Shown here piece after piece: positions 61,898-64,000 of a stretch of 64,000 nt of DNA. The stretch spans positions 16,277 to 80,276 of the forward strand of contig JBKJTN010000064.1 in the NCBI GenBank assembly GCA_046590275.1, read 5' to 3'. Made by a program: the position numbers and the translations under genes. Every line of letters starts with the position of its first letter. The first letter of the stretch is position 1. The notes beneath the pieces are model-generated. The model ran no database searches. It saw only the letters and a program-made list of their open reading frames with translations, and had not been told where the DNA came from. Source of the stretch: Novosphingobium sp. GTDB taxonomy: Bacteria; Pseudomonadota; Alphaproteobacteria; Sphingomonadales; Sphingomonadaceae.

Positions 61898-62513
61898 GAT
61901 TCAGGTCTTCGCTTTTTACCTGTTCGCGTCGCTGGTGATCGCCTCGGCGGTGCTCACCATCATGTCGCGCAATCCGGTGCATTCGGTGCTGTGGCTGATC
62001 ATGGCGTTCTTCAACGCGGCGGGCCTGATGGTGTTGCTCGGCGCAGAGTTCATCGCGATGCTGCTGGTGATCGTTTACGTCGGCGCGGTGGCGGTGCTGT
62101 TCCTGTTTGTGGTGATGATGCTCGACATCGATTTTTCCGAATTGCGTGCGGGATTCATCAAGAATTTCCCGCTCGGGCTGCTGCTTGCGGCGGTCTTGCT
62201 GAGCGAGATCATGCTGGGTCTGGGCGCGGTTGGCGCGGGCGGGATCAAACTTGGCACGGCTGACGGCACTGCCCCGATTACTACGGGCACCAGCAATATC
62301 GAGCAGATCGGCATGCTGCTTTACAGCAAGTATTTGTTCCTGTTTGAAACCGCTGGGATCATCCTGCTGGTGGCAATGGTCGGCGCGATTGTCCTGACGC
62401 ACCGCAAGCGCGCGGGTGTGCGCGGGCAGAACGTCGCCAAGCAGAATGCGCGTCGCCCGGATGAGGCGACGGTCAACATGTCACCCGAAGTCGGGAAGGG
62501 TGTCGAGCTGTGA
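61896..62513 (+). CDS. nuoJ: NADH-quinone oxidoreductase subunit J (copy 2, full length)
   Basis: 205 aa from ATG 61896, reading [43 protein letters not shown]..., with a canonical NuoJ N-terminus. Confidence 0.88.
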   Translation: MIQVFAFYLFASLVIASAVLTIMSRNPVHSVLWLIMAFFNAAGLMVLLGAEFIAMLLVIVYVGAVAVLFLFVVMMLDIDFSELRAGFIKNFPLGLLLAAVLLSEIMLGLGAVGAGGIKLGTADGTAPITTGTSNIEQIGMLLYSKYLFLFETAGIILLVAMVGAIVLTHRKRAGVRGQNVAKQNARRPDEATVNMSPEVGKGVEL

Positions 62514-62818
62514 CGATCGGCATCGAACACTATGTTATCGTGAGCTCGATCCTGTTCGTGCTGGGGGTGCTGGGGATTTTCCTCAATCGCAAAAATGTGA
62601 TCGTGATTCTGATGGCGATCGAATTGATCCTGCTGGCGGTCAACATCAACCTGGTCGCGTTCAGCGCGTTTCTGCACGATCTTACCGGGCAGATTTTCGC
62701 GATGTTCGTGCTGACCGTGGCGGCGGGTGAGGCGGCGATTGGGCTCGCCATTCTGGTGACCTATTTCCGTGACCGCGGCACCATTGCGGTTGACGATGTC
62801 AATCGGATGAAGGGGTAA
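62510..62818 (+). CDS. nuoK: NADH-quinone oxidoreductase subunit K (copy 2)
   Basis: 102 aa, about 94% identical by eye to the minus-strand NuoK. Confidence 0.9.
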   Translation: MTIGIEHYVIVSSILFVLGVLGIFLNRKNVIVILMAIELILLAVNINLVAFSAFLHDLTGQIFAMFVLTVAAGEAAIGLAILVTYFRDRGTIAVDDVNRMKG

Positions 62819-62824
62819 GCCGCG

Positions 62825-64000
62825 TTGGATCCGATCCTGCTCATTGTTTTCCTACCGCTGCTGGCCGCGATTATCGGCGGGCTGGGCAATCGGATGCTTG
62901 GCAACACCGCCGTCAAAGTACTGACAACTGGCGCTTTGTTTATCGCCGCCGGGCTCAGCTGGCCGATCTTTTTCTCCTACCTGACCGGGACCGCTGAGCC
63001 GCATGTCGTGCCGGTGCTGCGCTGGGTGCAATCGGGCAGCCTGAGTTTCGATTGGGCGCTGAAGGTCGATACGCTAACCGCGGTGATGCTGGTGGTGGTG
63101 ACCACGGTTTCGGCGGTGGTCCACCTCTATAGCTGGGGCTATATGGACGAAGACCCCGACCAGCCGCGGTTTTTCGCCTACCTCAGCCTGTTCACCTTCG
63201 CGATGTTGATGCTGGTGACCGCCGACAATTTGGTCCAGATGTTCTTCGGCTGGGAAGGCGTGGGTCTGGCCAGTTACCTGCTGATCGGGTTCTGGTTCAA
63301 AAAGCCCAGCGCCAGCGCCGCTGCAATCAAGGCCTTCGTGGTCAACCGAGTCGGCGATCTGGGCTTTATGCTAGGGATTTTCGGCACTTATCTGGTGTTC
63401 AACACCGTCTCGATCCCCGAAATTCTGGTCCGCGCGCCCAGCATGGCCGGATCGACGATCCACTTTATGGGTGGTGAGTGGAGCACCATGACAATTCTGT
63501 GCATCCTGCTGTTCATCGGCGCGATGGGCAAGTCGGCGCAACTTGGTCTGCACACTTGGCTGCCCGATGCGATGGAAGGGCCGACCCCGGTTTCGGCATT
63601 GATCCATGCCGCGACGATGGTCACCGCCGGGGTGTTCATGGTCTGCCGCCTTTCACCGATGTTCGCGGTCAGCGAAACTGCCATGCACGTCGTGACTTAC
63701 GTGGGCGCAGCGACGCTGTTCTTCGCCGCGACGATCGGCACGGTCCAGTGGGATATCAAGCGGGTGATCGCGTATTCGACCTGTTCGCAGCTGGGTTATA
63801 TGTTTGTCGCGGCCGGAGTGGGCGCACCGGCGGCGGCGATGTTCCACTTGTTCACGCACGCCTTTTTTAAGGCGCTGCTGTTCCTTGGTGCGGGCAGTGT
63901 GATCCACGCGATGCATCACGAGCAGGACATGCGATATTATGGCGCTCTGCGGAAACATATCCCGCTGACCTTCTGGGCGATGATGGCGGGGACGCTGGCA
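62825..64000 (+). CDS. nuoL: NADH-quinone oxidoreductase subunit L (copy 2), partial, runs off the window
   Basis: Not in the ORF track because no stop is reached. TTG at 62825 opens 392 codons to the window end: (M)[26 protein letters not shown]...[24 protein letters not shown]...[10 protein letters not shown]. It is colinear with copy 1. Confidence 0.88.
   Translation, partial: MDPILLIVFLPLLAAIIGGLGNRMLGNTAVKVLTTGALFIAAGLSWPIFFSYLTGTAEPHVVPVLRWVQSGSLSFDWALKVDTLTAVMLVVVTTVSAVVHLYSWGYMDEDPDQPRFFAYLSLFTFAMLMLVTADNLVQMFFGWEGVGLASYLLIGFWFKKPSASAAAIKAFVVNRVGDLGFMLGIFGTYLVFNTVSIPEILVRAPSMAGSTIHFMGGEWSTMTILCILLFIGAMGKSAQLGLHTWLPDAMEGPTPVSALIHAATMVTAGVFMVCRLSPMFAVSETAMHVVTYVGAATLFFAATIGTVQWDIKRVIAYSTCSQLGYMFVAAGVGAPAAAMFHLFTHAFFKALLFLGAGSVIHAMHHEQDMRYYGALRKHIPLTFWAMMAGTLA

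Larger units (their letters stand above)
59898..64000. repeat. Imperfect large inverted repeat (nuoL-K-J' / nuoJ-K-L), arms about 2 kb, truncated by the window end
   Basis: The left arm (about 59898-61897) is reverse-complementary to the right arm (62001-64000). A 103-nt unique spacer (61898-62000) encodes the N-terminus of copy-2 NuoJ. The arms are about 85-90% identical by eye. Confidence 0.85.

Noticed and set aside
61469-62402. A pair of mirror-image ORFs (264 aa plus strand, 236 aa minus strand) spanning the nuoJ junction that resemble each other ([27 protein letters not shown]...).
   Set aside because: They are antisense readings of the two nuoJ copies. Their similarity is a consequence of the inverted repeat, not an independent gene family.

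Overview
This is a GC-rich (about 60-65% by eye) bacterial chromosomal segment. The gene content and order look alphaproteobacterial and Sphingomonadales-like. That inference rests on dusB(nifR3)-ntrB-ntrC, PdhB with an N-terminal lipoyl domain, lexA-comEC-gltX-gltA synteny, and GTTC-N7-GTTC SOS boxes. Almost the whole window is densely packed core metabolism and housekeeping:
- ispDF, lipA, gyrA, trmFO, pdhAB, hppD, pyrG, secG, tpiA
- trpEGDC-moaC-moeA, lexA, comEC, gltX, gltA
- rnj, coaX, birA, nuoJ-N, and one tRNA-Arg(CCT)

I saw no CRISPR array, transposase, integrase, prophage, or recognisable defence or toxin island.

The most anomalous structure is at the right end. A 5'-truncated nuoJ-K-L-M-N set on the minus strand abuts, head to head at 61896/61897, a second, diverged (about 85-90% nt) nuoJ-K-L set on the plus strand. 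Together they form an imperfect inverted repeat of at least 2 kb whose plus-strand nuoL is absent from the ORF track. This is either a real inverted segmental duplication or a foldback, strain-chimera or contig-join artefact.

Other points worth a second look:
- a four-gene cluster with a histidine-kinase-like protein and an Hpt-like protein that both appear to lack the phospho-accepting His, next to an 871-aa coiled-coil membrane protein
- an SbtA-like / PII-like(SbtB) / beta-carbonic anhydrase module
- a TauD-family gene whose conserved N-terminus has no ATG/GTG/TTG start (probable CTG start overlapping the gyrA stop)
- a ROSE-like 5' UTR with a sigma32-like promoter ahead of hsp20
- a perfect 13-bp inverted repeat between an S8 peptidase and an ECF sigma factor
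- a low-GC orphan TadG/TadE/TadF cluster

All family assignments come from motif and synteny recognition by eye. No database search was possible.
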